Positions 34,979-46,939 of a DNA stretch of 64,000 nucleotides are shown one piece after another; the first letter of the stretch is position 1, and every line of letters starts with the position of its first letter. The stretch is from Lophium mytilinum (taxonomy: Eukaryota). The notes under the pieces are model-generated. The model was not told the origin of the DNA, did no database searches, and saw nothing but the letters and a program-made list of their open reading frames with translations. The translations under genes and the position numbers were made by a program. The stretch spans positions 22,606-86,605 of the forward strand of contig MU004196.1 of NCBI GenBank assembly GCA_010093605.1, read 5' to 3'.

Positions 34979-35788
34979 ATGCCTCTCAACTATCTCGATG
35001 GCTCAGCAGGCGATCGGAAGACACGCCGGCAAGAAGTTCGCGATTTCCAGCCCGCCCGCACGGTGATTCCGTCTCAAGCAGAGCGTGCAGCGCCTTCTCG
35101 TTCCCTCGATACGACGCGCGAGGCATCCCGCTCGCACCACGAGAACTCCCAATCCCGCAATACGACGCGCGAAGCATCCCGCCCGCACCACGAGAGCTCC
35201 CAGTCGCAGAGCCGTTCGCGAGCGCACGGCTCCAACTCTCAAAGCCACGCCCGCGTACGTGAAGTACTTCCCTCGACTTCGCATCCATCTGGCCACGGAC
35301 TCGCGCGTGAAGTACGTCCCTCGGCTTCGTATCAAGGGAGCCAACCCCGTCGTAGTGAGCGCGATCGGCTGCCATCGTCCAGCATGCGTAGGACGGTGGC
35401 CCGTGCCCCAACCAGCAACGGCGACCTTAAACTTCGCTTCCAGTCGAAGGAAGAGGCGGTCGAGTACGGGCGCAAATTGATGGAAGAGGGCGGCAAGTTT
35501 GCCGACGGGTTTGAGATCATTCACACAACCTATGCTACTGAAGATGGCAAGGAGGTGCCGGGGTCGAAGAAGCGGACCAAAGCAGAATACGATGGTTCCG
35601 GTGCGCAGCTCAGCTATGGAGTCTATGGCGGTAGCTCCGCTACTGATCGAGAACGTACCGCGCAGTCCAAACCGTCCAGCTCCAAATATGGCGGTAGCTC
35701 CGCTACTGATCGAGAGCGTCGTACAACGCAGTCCAAACCATCCAGCTCCAAATACGGCGGTAGTTCCCGGTATGGCTCGAATTATTGA
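34979..35788 (+). CDS. Low-complexity S/R-rich protein whose N-terminus is paralogous to the upstream RING gene
   Basis: ATG 34979 in CAGCCATG context after TATAAA 34825; MPLNYL..RRQEVRDFQPARTVIP; in-frame internal repeats. Confidence 0.72.
   Translation: MPLNYLDGSAGDRKTRRQEVRDFQPARTVIPSQAERAAPSRSLDTTREASRSHHENSQSRNTTREASRPHHESSQSQSRSRAHGSNSQSHARVREVLPSTSHPSGHGLAREVRPSASYQGSQPRRSERDRLPSSSMRRTVARAPTSNGDLKLRFQSKEEAVEYGRKLMEEGGKFADGFEIIHTTYATEDGKEVPGSKKRTKAEYDGSGAQLSYGVYGGSSATDRERTAQSKPSSSKYGGSSATDRERRTTQSKPSSSKYGGSSRYGSNY
35624..35767 (+). repeat. In-frame 63/66-bp tandem repeat (YGGSSATDRER.TxQSKPSSSK)
   Basis: Units start at 35624, 35687 and 35753 (partial). Confidence 0.9.
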
Positions 35789-36405
35789 GTAGTAGACCCA
35801 TCGCGGTAAGTATCTGAGACGCTCACTCATGACTTTCCCCCAATTCTTGATATCGGACAATAGCGCGGATTAACAGATCCGGGGTCTGATAGATATCTTG
35901 GCTGCTGTTGATCAATGGTCCAGCAGCCTTCCTTCACACATATCTCCTTAGCTTGCTAGGGTTCCGACAATACAAATTTTTTCCTTGAATGACTTTGGTC
36001 CAAATTGACATGACGATGTAAAAGTGACTAATGTGAGCTGCGATTTCCCCAGCGAAAATGGACATGATAACGAAGGGATATGAGTATATAAAGAAGTCAT
36101 GGGATCATCGGGTATCGTATTGACTAAAGAAGAGAGAGACTATGATGAACAAAAGGAGTGAATTTCGCGCAGAAGGACCGCGTATAAAGGATCTACAAAC
36201 ATGAGCATGATTAGGTGATCCAGCAACAAACCATTGCGGCAATTCAGCGAAATTTCTGGCGATAATCCAAGTAATTCCAAAACGTACGAATCAACAGCTC
36301 GATAACATTTTGTACTCGCATTCCATTCCCAAATAACATACAAAAAGCAGTCCTCCATATCTTCATAGGTTAAGTATCACTGCCGTGGGAAGTGCGATTG
36401 ACTAT

Positions 36406-37438
36406 TCAAAGACGACTCCGCGGCCAGGTAGTCATGCGAGGAACATCACGTGGGTCGGGGGTGTAGTAATCCTTCTGATCGCGGCGAACCTATTGGCATC
36501 GGGTTAGCGTATCGCTCTTTGTGAAAGTACAATGTATGCATGCATACCTCTCTCTGTTCAATCCATTCTTCCTGGCCACCCCCGCCGTTCCTTCGAACCT
36601 CTGCTCTGTACTGGAACTCTGGGCGGCCACCCTCGCGTCTGACCTCCCTCTCATAACGGAAGTCCTGTGGGGGACCGAAATCCTGTGGAGGACCTCCGCG
36701 TCTAATGTCTGCCTGGTATTGAAAGTCTTGCGGCGGACCCTGCGGACCCTCCCTTCTAACCTCTGCTTGATAGCGGATCTCTCTTGGCGGTCCCTGATGC
36801 CTCCTCTCAAACTGTAGATCCTTATGGCCACCCCTCTTCCCATCGAACTCGACATCAATTTGTCTCGTCACGGTCCTCTGCTGCTGCTGCGGCTGTTGTT
36901 GCTGCTGCTGTAGCGGTTGCTGCTGGGGCTGTTGCTTCTGCTTCTGCTTCTCAGCCTCACAGCACGCCAACGGCTCCATCGCTGCCAAGAATCCTAGCAC
37001 CTGCGTCAAGCTATTGTGGCAGGCTACAAGCTCCAGGTTGTGATTGACCAGTCTCTCCTTCGTGTCCAGCACCCACTTCATGCGATGCCTGAGTCCCACA
37101 TGATGGCCTCCCTCGGTATCAGCCGCAACGGGCTCGACAAGCGGCATCATGCGCTCCAGCGCGCCTCGCGTACTCTTCATGACAGAGTTGATCCAGGCGA
37201 CCTTCTCCGGCGCGGTGGAGAGGGCGTATTCGACCTCTTCGAGCTTGACGAGGCGGCGCGTCTCCCCGAGGTCTTCGTTTACGCGGCGGACCAGACGCAT
37301 GAAGACTTCGTTCTCGCGGCCGACTTCATGGAGCTTCTTAGCGCGGACCAGGAATTCGGAGAGCTTGTAGGTGCCCGCAATAGCAGAGATGGCAGTGCCG
37401 GCGCCGATGGCGGCGAAGAGCCCTTTGCCTTTGGCCAT
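36406..37438 (-). CDS. Unknown protein: helical N-terminal domain, polyQ linker, charged/aromatic C-terminal repeats; one 3' intron
   Basis: ATG 37438 (MAKGKG). Intron GTATGC..GCTAAC..TAG (~36547-36490) gives final exon VRRDQKDYYTPDPRDVPRMTTWPRSRL*. Confidence 0.8.
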
Positions 37439-38290
37439 GTTGATCGAAGGGGCCAGGGGTGTTGTGGGCGGATGAGGTCCTAGGAAAGTCGCGACGCGCG
37501 ATTGATCGGAGTGGAGAGGGTCCTCCTCGAGTGGGGAGCCGGGTCGAGTAGAGAGAGCGTCGCGATGGATGGGATGCGATGGAGTAGCATAGGGGTGTTT
37601 TGGTGCCCAGCTGGAGGTGTTGACGATTGCTCCAGCTGTTGTTCTCCAGCCACCCACGTGACGTCCCAGCCCCCTCACCAGCCACTCATATCAACACCGC
37701 GCTTCCGACCACGCTTCTATCCCGAGGTCATCAACTCCAAGCCGTAAACGACTTTCTAGACTGAAGGAACCGTACGAAACAATCACGAGACACGTGTAAT
37801 CAGTCTCACCGCTTCCCTTTCTACTCTCTATCATCCAGGACAGGCGCGCAGTGTAGCCGGACTCTTTACCACCTGCTGAGGGTACACTATCAATGGCCAC
37901 TGGGTAGTGCTGTTGTATCCCCATAGACCAGATCCAGTACCTCTGATCACTTCTCATTCTCGCTACAGAAGCAACATCTTTAGTCCCTAAACAGTAAGAT
38001 GTGTGAGCAGCGGGCTACAACCGAATATCAGTAATCTCATAAAGTTTGTACCCCGGGGGTACAAAGCTGTTCACGGTACGTTCGCATAGGTTGGTGGCAA
38101 GCACTTGTATTTAATATACCCGGTAGCATATTCTCATTAAGAGTTGAATACCCCCACGCGATACTTGTAATAGAGTCTGCTTGTGAAGCCGCAGATCTAG
38201 TCAACATCGGTGGCGTTCAGCGGCACTGAATGATGATACCGTAGAACCATAATCATCTGTACCATGGCATCATGCCTGTGGAAATCGCTG

Positions 38291-39925
38291 CTAGAAGATG
38301 GTTGCCAAGGCATTCTCGTCCCCTTCGTCCGTGTACGGGTCCCTGTTATAACGACTTTGGAAGAAGGTGTTACCGCCTCGCTTGTTCCGCGTGTTAGGCA
38401 GGGCCAGTCGAAGTGCGGCATGAAGTCTCTTTATCCTGTGGGATCGTGAAATGCTCTCCTCCGTGTCTAAACTTTGAAAACTGCTGTCGCCTTCACCAAG
38501 GATACGAAGCTGTGAAATCCAGAGTATCTGGAGAGTAGCCGGAAATTTGGAAGCAAAGGCCTGCAGAGATCGCCGCGTGGTATGTAAGTGATCAAATTCC
38601 AGGACCCGTATAGAAGGCCAAGAAACGTCCTGAATTAGTGAGAGGAAGTCGGTTGTTGCTTCGTCGGAATACCATTTGAGTTCTGTAAACTCCGGGAGAC
38701 TAAACTCTGGGTGTAGTGGATTCACTTCCCCCAAGGAAAGAAACAGATGTTCTAGACACTCCGCCTTGAGGAGAAAACGAGCCAACTGCCTTGAAATCTG
38801 CCTTTCGTTGGTACGGCATTCTTCGATATTACGGTCCAGAAGTACTCGGGCCTCAAGAGTCCGAAGGTTCTTAAACGTGCCAGCCATCACGTTGAGGATG
38901 CTGTTTCTCTTTTCGATGGAAAGGGGTGGACCGCATTGCAACTCGCCGCCGTCGAGGTGTTTCTGATCCCAGAAATTCTGGCCAACCGTCGAAAACCGCA
39001 ATTGTTTTAAGTGCTCGAAGGCACCCGTTGTACTGATAGCCGTCAAGAGGCTGCTCAGTTGAGAGACTCCATCGAACCAATAATCGTGATTTTCCGCATC
39101 AGTGCCAACCCTAGGAATACTGAAATCGAGAGCCCCTCGTCCGTCAGACCGCCAATTCCGCGGGTACCAAAGTGTTTCTTCATAGAAGGTTTGCGCGTAT
39201 GAGGGATAGTTGTTACTACACCAGTATTCCGTGCCGATGTCATATGATCCGACAACGGCAACCGTATCGAGATTGACAAGCCTACGAATTGCCTCTGTGA
39301 ACAGATAGAATGTGCGCCTCATCGGGTTGTACGGCCTGGGACTGTCGATTCCGTCGTGGACAGCTCGCATACATTTGTTAAAATGATGCCACTGTAGCCG
39401 TAGTTCCTCGTACCGGTCGTAGTAGGCTTGGAGGTCAAAGTCGGAATACTGGTGCTTAGGATGCCACTCTGGTGAGTATTATATGTCAGTGGTGCTAAAG
39501 CAACGTCATTTCTGGCAAAGAAATGCTTCCAACTTACTTTTACAACCCTTCACTTCACATGTTCTAATCTCTGACTCACAAAACTCCTCCTGATCAGTAA
39601 ACTCCTCCCACTCGTCCCCGCACAACTGAATGTTCCAGAGTCGCTTCTCCCAGTCCTGTTGATCTTTAAAAGTTCTTGCAACGTCACCCCGGAAAACGAC
39701 CTTCTTGACAAGTCTGCACAAGTGGTCGTTGTGCGCGATGTTTATGAATGTATTCATGCTATCTTTGAATAGAAACAGTTGGAATGTTGAGAAGAGGTGT
39801 TCTGTCACAGCGGCATTCAGGCTAAAATGTTTCGACGTCAGACGTAGACGCTTCAGGCTACGGTGACCAAGTCGAGTGCAGATGTTGAGGAGAAGTTCTG
39901 CGGGCAAATCCAGGAAAGAGGCCAT
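38291..39925 (-). CDS. F-box protein, 2 exons, leucine-rich C-terminal region
   Basis: MASFLDLPAELLLNICTRL...LKRLRLTSK (F-box); intron GTAAGT..CTGAC..CAG (~39536-39469) joins the 359-aa downstream ORF. Confidence 0.85.
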
Positions 39926-42900
39926 AATGATAGCAGGGCCTGACGGGCCTACGATTCTCCACTTTGGCGAAGACGTATCACAGCAACGAGACGAGGATCC
40001 GTGGGTGTGGGTGTTGAGGTGTGGTTGAAAGAAGGCAGAAATGAAGTTGAAGTAGGAACCAAAACGCATGGCATCACCATACCCAAACTAGAAACACCAA
40101 GTCGAACCTCATCACGTCCCTTCCAAAACAATGCCATCTAGCTCCTGACTCAATCGATCATGCTGTTGCCCTACCATTTTAAATGCAATCAAGGAAAGCA
40201 AGTGCTTCTCAGAGGCTGGAAATCATTCTCGGGGAGAAGCCGCCATATAGAACTATTTGCCGCGCCCTTCTACGAAAAAGGAGGAGGGACCATCAAGAAT
40301 AGCTCTTTAGCTATAGCGACCTCGACTTAGAGAATATAGCGCTAAGGTGCCATTTCTAGAACCTAGATTTTTACGCCTCAAAAGAAGAGTTTTAAGAGAT
40401 ATCACTTTAATTCATATCCACTTTGCGCCATTTCCTTTCGTCCTAGATCTATGGTTCTTCACGTCAGCATTTCCGAGACCCAGTTTTATCCAACTGTCAA
40501 ACCTTCCGTCATGAGAGACGAATAGTGTGTCCGGCTAGTCATGCTTCGGCGTCCCTAGTCACATATTTACCTCCTTTACCATGTGTACATGAATAATTTG
40601 AAGCTAGGCAAATGTATAAAACCTCATTCACAGTTTCAGCTTTCAGTCTTAAGCAATAGGGACGATGAGAATCGCATCACACTCGTTTAGAAGCTCTATC
40701 CCATGGGTCGGCAGCTTGGGCGTTGAACCCGATAGGTAAGCAAGACCAACTTATGTAGTGCGTGGGTGTGTGTGTAAAACCGATCCTAACAGCGGCTTAC
40801 TGGAGATGGGAGTCTGCGATTTGCTGTAGTAACATTCAAACAGCCGCGACGCATGGAATTGGCGGAGGATGTCGTAGGCGTAAATCAATGGCGGTGATGC
40901 TTCCCATGAAGACTTCGTGCCTTTGACTAACCACACCTCTAGGCGCTAATCACCTCCATGTCCAGGTGCGCGACACAGGCGCCATCGCTCAATATCGTTG
41001 GCAGACATCCAGCATTCTCAAAGATTCGAAACTTCTTCTTTCCCTGAGTCTGGTCTGCATCATGTCGCGACTTTAGTACCTCCAACGTCACATCCTCCTT
41101 GGCACGGTTTTGCACTCCATTCCCGCCACTCCATCGTCGTTGAGGAGTTGATTTTCTGATAATGTCTCATACCTCAATTCCCATAGATGCGTCTGAAAGT
41201 ATCTTACAACCCATCAAGTTCCACACCAGACCATGCGACGTGTTGTGACAGGTGGTTGACCTAAACACCGGAAACTCCTAAAGAACCCAACAAATCGCAC
41301 CAACAGGCACCTTTATACCTCTCAACAGAAGACTTCCAGCGAGGTCATGTGGGAGCCCTGTGATCTAGCTCCTGTGACTATCGCACTGGGGCTCGCCAAC
41401 GCAGAGCGCCAGGGCCAAAGTCCCTGGTGGGCTTATCACGAGCATGGGAAAGAGTGCAACACAGATGTGCTGCAATCTTTCCGAATACAAATACCTTTCC
41501 ACCTCCATTTTTTCCTTCTTCAGCGCCGTGGAGTTTTGGCATGGGTTCAGAATTACACGAACACCAGATGCCCATGGGCGTTGGTTCCGTTCAAACTGGC
41601 GATGCAGTACATTAATGGAGCTGGCGGTTTCGGCGGTTGGAAGAAAAACGGCGATCGACGATGATGATTGCCATTCCCCTCAAAGGAACAGCGAGATTCA
41701 GTGTACGGTGGAAGCATAGCGTCAATCATTGACTCAGCCCGCTGTAGATCATCGATAGAACCATTCGGCAAACAGCATCATGGCAAAGTGCGGCCCCAAC
41801 TCTCCAACCCAATCTCCGCACCACCAAAGATCTTCTTCTCGATAGCAGCCACGATGTGGAATCTCGTACCCTCTTTTGACGCTCCTCCAAGTCCACTCCG
41901 ATCCGCTCCATAGAACTACCCAAAGGAAAACCTTGATAATTCCTTAGAGTCACCCTTGGAGAAAGGAAAGTGGAGGTGAAGAAGAGAGGTTTATATACCA
42001 CTCGAAAGCCTCGGAAACCCCTTTGGCCTTGGCAGCGCATGACTGGCGTCAAAGCACGTGCAAGTCGGTCTGGTGAAAGTGCGTTGATTATACTTCCCGG
42101 TCAAATTTGGTATCCACATTCACCCGTTAGTCATTTTCTGCTCTTGGCGAATGGCTTGTGTTCTTACTAGGAACGACAGACTCATGTTGCAGCTACACCA
42201 AACGTGTGTAGTTGACGGAGTGTTTCTAGCTAGGCCTGCCCGCTAAAGGGGATGCGGGCGAGAATTGTGTATGGCAAGCATCCATCTCTTTCAGTTTTCT
42301 GCAGCTCATCGCACCTCTCGAAAGCGTTCTCCGACAATCAGGAAGCACACGTCGCAAGAATCCACTTCAGCGCTTTTTGACTCCTAGTGGTTCCATCAAC
42401 ATGATTCACGTCTAGGTCGTTCATTTCGCCTTGTCTCATCTCTAGACACAGAGTAGACGTTCGTGATAAAGAAAGCGTGACCTGCTGGACCGCTAGAATG
42501 CTGGTTCACCCACTTGAGCCTCCGTAGAGAGATGTAAAAGAGATTGAAGCTATTCCTGTCCGGATTCTGAGAGTATCTCCTCGGCGGGGTGGCGGCGCAT
42601 AGCGGGGGCGTGAGGTGCTCTAAGAGGCTACGGGAAGCACATACGACCAATTCTCATTGGACGAAATAGCTTGAGGGTAGCAATTGAGGCTCGGGAGTTA
42701 ATAGAGAGAACATATGATTGTTGATGAAAGAAAAGTTAGGCAGCGGAGTCCAGCCACCTGTTAGGATGTATCGTACTTTACCTTTCCATAGACCTTGGAG
42801 TTCGGCAAGGCACTTCGGAATCAAAAGTGAAGTACTAAATGGGCTAGTAGTTGATATCAGACATGGTAGACCTGATAGTATTAACTCCTTGCATTCGGAG

Positions 42901-43077
42901 ACGTGAATTGAGATGAGGTTAAAGTCAGCAGTGAGCGGGCCTGTGGAGTACTGTGGATAACATCGAGAAACGTATGTCCGTGGGTCAGAAAGCACCACGC
43001 GTAAGGTAAAAGGCGCACGGAAAATCGATACTGCGATACTTGCTTCGAAACTTCCGAGTCGTTGAAAGCAATATTCT

Positions 43078-44731
43078 CTAATCGCCACCACTCCGTGGCC
43101 CCTTTCCAGCTTGTGAATCGATAAATGTAACCAAAGCAATGAGCAGTGCTCCTAGTCATCTTGTAAGTATCAATACCTATCAATTCAAGCGCCCTATCAG
43201 GAGGAGAACATACCAGTAGTGACGACATAGCTAGCCACCGTGAAGCCCGTCTGCGCACTTGTCTGGACATCTGCATCGTAGGCCTTCACTGCCACCACAG
43301 TCCAGATAATTCCCGCCAAGAGACTGAGAACCGTAGGTGTCAGAACTAGAAAGCTCATCATGCGCATATCCCATGAGCGCACCATGTTCAGAGCGTACAA
43401 ATGCTGCTCCGCAGATGGAGCTATGACAACTTTGCGCTCGGGCCTATTTTCAGTTGGGTTCGGTGGTACTGCGTCTTTTTTCAATAGCGTGACGATCTCG
43501 TCGCCTGTGATCTCCTCTGGATTTCTGAAGTAATAAGTAGCTCTATTAGCGCTACCATGTGGCCCGAGTTGAAGGGTAGACTGAGTGGCGCCAGGGGCAA
43601 CCCCGCGCTCCAGCTATGGTGTCGTCAGTCAATTTACTAGAAATCGATGCTTGGAAATCGTTACCTTGATGACATCTACTCTTGCGAGAGATTTCGCACT
43701 AAGCGCTTCTATGAGCCCTCCTTCGGCCTTCCGCAGGTCGTAGAAGTGACCGAGCATTTTGAGAAAAGTACGATCGTCCAGAATCTCGTCGCAAAACGGC
43801 ACTTCCAATCGCGCTTTATTATCCATGAACATGACAAACGTCGATGAGCTATGCCAATCATGATGTGATTGCATATAGTTTTGATGAAAATTGTTTTTGA
43901 AGTCTGTAATGAAGTACAAGTACCAGAACCCAACGAACAAAGTTGACGAGACTACTTGATTTGCTCCGTGTGCTCCATACAGCTTGTAGGTATCCCTTCG
44001 CCGTGCACTGGCCAATGAGATGACTGTCTGTATGTCGACACTTTGTCAGAGCCCGATATCCAGTCTAAAGTTATAGGCAACGTTGCCATCGTTTATGCGC
44101 CCCGGATGTTTGCCCTATCGAAGACAAAAATCACTCACCAAGATGGCCATCTCAACAAATGTATAACATAGCGCTCCGAAATGTTTGAACTCGAAGCCGA
44201 AATCAGAGTAATAAAGAGCTCCCCAACTCAGTAAGTGCCAGGAGATCCAGAGCCAGTAAATCGGATTTATGTATCTGAAGAAGTACAAGGTAGAGCAAGC
44301 CGACTTTAGAAGAACCGTACATCTCCACGAGACTGGTCTCGCCCATTGACCTAAGATGGTGGCAGGCAATATCCTGCGTTCCGGCCTCATCGCTACTCTC
44401 TGGAAGCTGCTGGAATAAACCATCGTCAAGATCGATCCGGTGTATAGAAGCCAAATTACTCAAGTGTTCCAGAAGCTGAGATATTTATAACGGGAGGAGG
44501 AGATTTCTGGAAGGCTGGCGCGGGGCAAAGCCACTATTTGTAGGAGTGCTTGTTTTGGGGGCCAAAAAGGCGCATCGCATCTAGGCATGCATGGTCGCAC
44601 AGCGTGACAATTGGGTAGTCACTCGATCGGAAAGACACCATGCTCTCGAAGCTCAAGGGAACCGTGATCTCATAACAACCCAAATACTCAAGTCCTTTGC
44701 CCTCACAATTCGACACTATCACGTCCGACAT
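43078..44731 (-). CDS. Uncharacterised multi-pass membrane protein, multi-exon; 5' structure uncertain
   Basis: Successive minus-strand ORF fragments with hydrophobic segments. C-terminal TM pair VLSLLAGIIWTVV..DVQTSAQTGFTVASYVVTT, spliced to GALLIALVTFIDSQ...*. Confidence 0.6.
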
Positions 44732-44804
44732 GTGCCTAAAAATGCAAATAGTAAATGAGTCTTTCTCTTTAAGTATTCAAGATTAGTGTATCAGTAACAT
44801 TGCC

Positions 44805-46668
44805 CTATCGACCCGCCACCTCTTCTAGATGCGAGAACCTTTCCATGAAATCCTTGGGTTCCTCAAGCTCGAGATCTGCGGAAACGCTAACATAATTTTG
44901 ACAGGGTAAGGGACATTCCCAGAGGTTGTCGTCTGAGTTTGGAATGGTGACCATGTTGGTATCATTTAATGTCTCTTTCGAAGGTGGAAATGTGAAAGGT
45001 CTGAATACTTCATGTAGAGGTTCGCTACGTGATGGCCCCTCGTCGTTGAACCAGACAAGATCGGTCTCAGCATCGCTATCTTGATATCTGTCTTCAGAAG
45101 GGCTTGCTCCCCAGACCAAGTCGGCAAGCATCTCCTCATCTGCATCATCTGCGAAAGTATCGTCCTCATAAAAGAGGTCTTCATCCTCAATAGATGTTCC
45201 GATACTCCACTCGAAGTTTCTGTCAGGCGGTTCCTGGAGAAATATGTTAGGCTCATCTAAGCTTGGTGAAGGATCTTCCCTCTGTCGTAGAGGTTTCAAT
45301 CGTCTCGCCGCGCTCGGGTCAAATAATGCAGGCGTAAGAAAATTCCACAGCTCGGTTTCAATCACTTCGACCTTATCGTTGCTACCGGGTCGATACTGAG
45401 GAGACTGCGCGTGACTAGCATGGCATTGGTTGCACTGGCAGTGTGCGCGCCCGCATAGCGCATCGACTTTCGCTCTCAAAGTCATCGACCGCGAGTTCGA
45501 GTAAACGGTCCGAGCGAGGGCGCGACTGATGGTAGGCAACAAACAGGAGCGCTGTGCAACAGACTGAGCACAAATGTTAGCAACGAGCGTGCACAGAGGA
45601 TCCTAGGCCAAGTTACTGTAAGGTAATCCGGACTCCATAGACTAGGGGCGATATCGGCGAGTCTTGCAACGAAGTCACATTTCCTCAATTTGACCCCCGG
45701 GGTCACCTTCAAAGGGCCCTTGCAAATAGTCATGCGGATCGCTGCGTCAAGTAAGCTTGTGATAGTATCCATACTATAGTCGCTTGTGTCGTGGCTGAGA
45801 CTGTCATCATCAGGTCGCGCTGCTAGTCTCTTGAGGTTACAAGTAGTCGTTGGCGGCCTTAGAGCCACGATATGCTGTGCTGAATTCGTATCCTGAAGAA
45901 TTGAAAAGGGATTCTGATTAGGTGACAATGGCGGGTCGAGCAGCATCCCAACGTCGTCGTGTATGTTCGATTGCGAATGCCCCTCTTCGAGGCTAGCAAA
46001 TTGTTCAGTTTCCTCTCCATCTGATATAGTATCCGCTATTATGCCCTTCTCTTCACCCTTAGCGTCACACTTAACCCTCTTATCTTTGTGTCGTCGCGAA
46101 GCTCTGCTGCTAAATTTCGCGTGAAATACTACCGATTCGAGGCCCACGACAGGTACGCCATCCGGAGGTCTTATGGCTGCAGAGGATACCCCAGTCGCTA
46201 TTCGATGTGCTGCTTGCTTTAGGGTGTCCGATCCTGTATGGCTGTGGGATATATCAAGGTGAATCGTCCTCGTTGTGAATGAAGGAGGACCCGGGGAAAC
46301 AACCTTCGGGACCGCTTGAAGGTTGAGCTGGCTCCACAGCTATGGGCACTGTTAGCTTTCTTCAAACAAATAGATCAAGTGTCTATAGTTACCGCTGCGT
46401 CACTCAGAGTCGTCGTCAGTGTCTCGATATCTTGATCGCTCAGCGTTCGTCCTTCAACTTCTAGCTGGAGCTCGAGATGCAAACCGCATCCTCGAGAAAC
46501 CCACACAGATTTCGAAGTTAACAGAGTCAAGATGTCTCGATGATGGCATTGCTGTATGTCAATTGAGCTTTCCAGATGAGATGCGGTCAGAGAGGTAGTT
46601 AGCTCCAGCTGTAGATTAGCCTTTGGATAGCTCAGGACCAGCTTTCCCAGCTCCACGGTGTCTGGCAT
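44805..46668 (-). CDS. Uncharacterised protein, about 3 exons, acidic C-terminus
   Basis: ORFs 46375-46668, 45482-46147 and 44805-45542 are separated by intron-like gaps with CTAAC; ordered-looking block LLDAAIR..LADIAPSLWSPDY..LLPTISRAL. Confidence 0.65.
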
Positions 46669-46939
46669 GTAGTCTGCAACATTGAAGTGTCGATATCTGG
46701 ATTCTCCTCGTCTTTTATGGGAATTTTGATCGTTTCATGAGTTTTATGGAGGAGTCATTGAGGTGTGGTGGAGGGGTCGAAGCTCTTGCAGAAGCTAAAG
46801 ACCCTTGAAAATAAGACCTCCAACGTCATCCCTCCACTGCTTCCACGCAACCCAGCAATTGCAACAACTGCAAATTGTGCAACTTCTGAGACTCTGCTAG
46901 TATATTGAGATTGGTGTTAACAGATATTGCCATCTCATC

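Noticed and set aside
33146..35767. Tandem repeats as a possible CRISPR-like array
   Set aside because: In-frame coding repeats with no unique spacers; eukaryotic context.
33503..35860. Long antisense ORFs 33503-34330 and 35003-35860
   Set aside because: Mirror the plus-strand repeat-rich genes, which have TATA boxes and good start contexts.
40100..43000. Short overlapping ORFs (41347-42170, 42654-43139)
   Set aside because: No recognisable motif or consistent splice path; could be a decayed gene but I cannot support a call.
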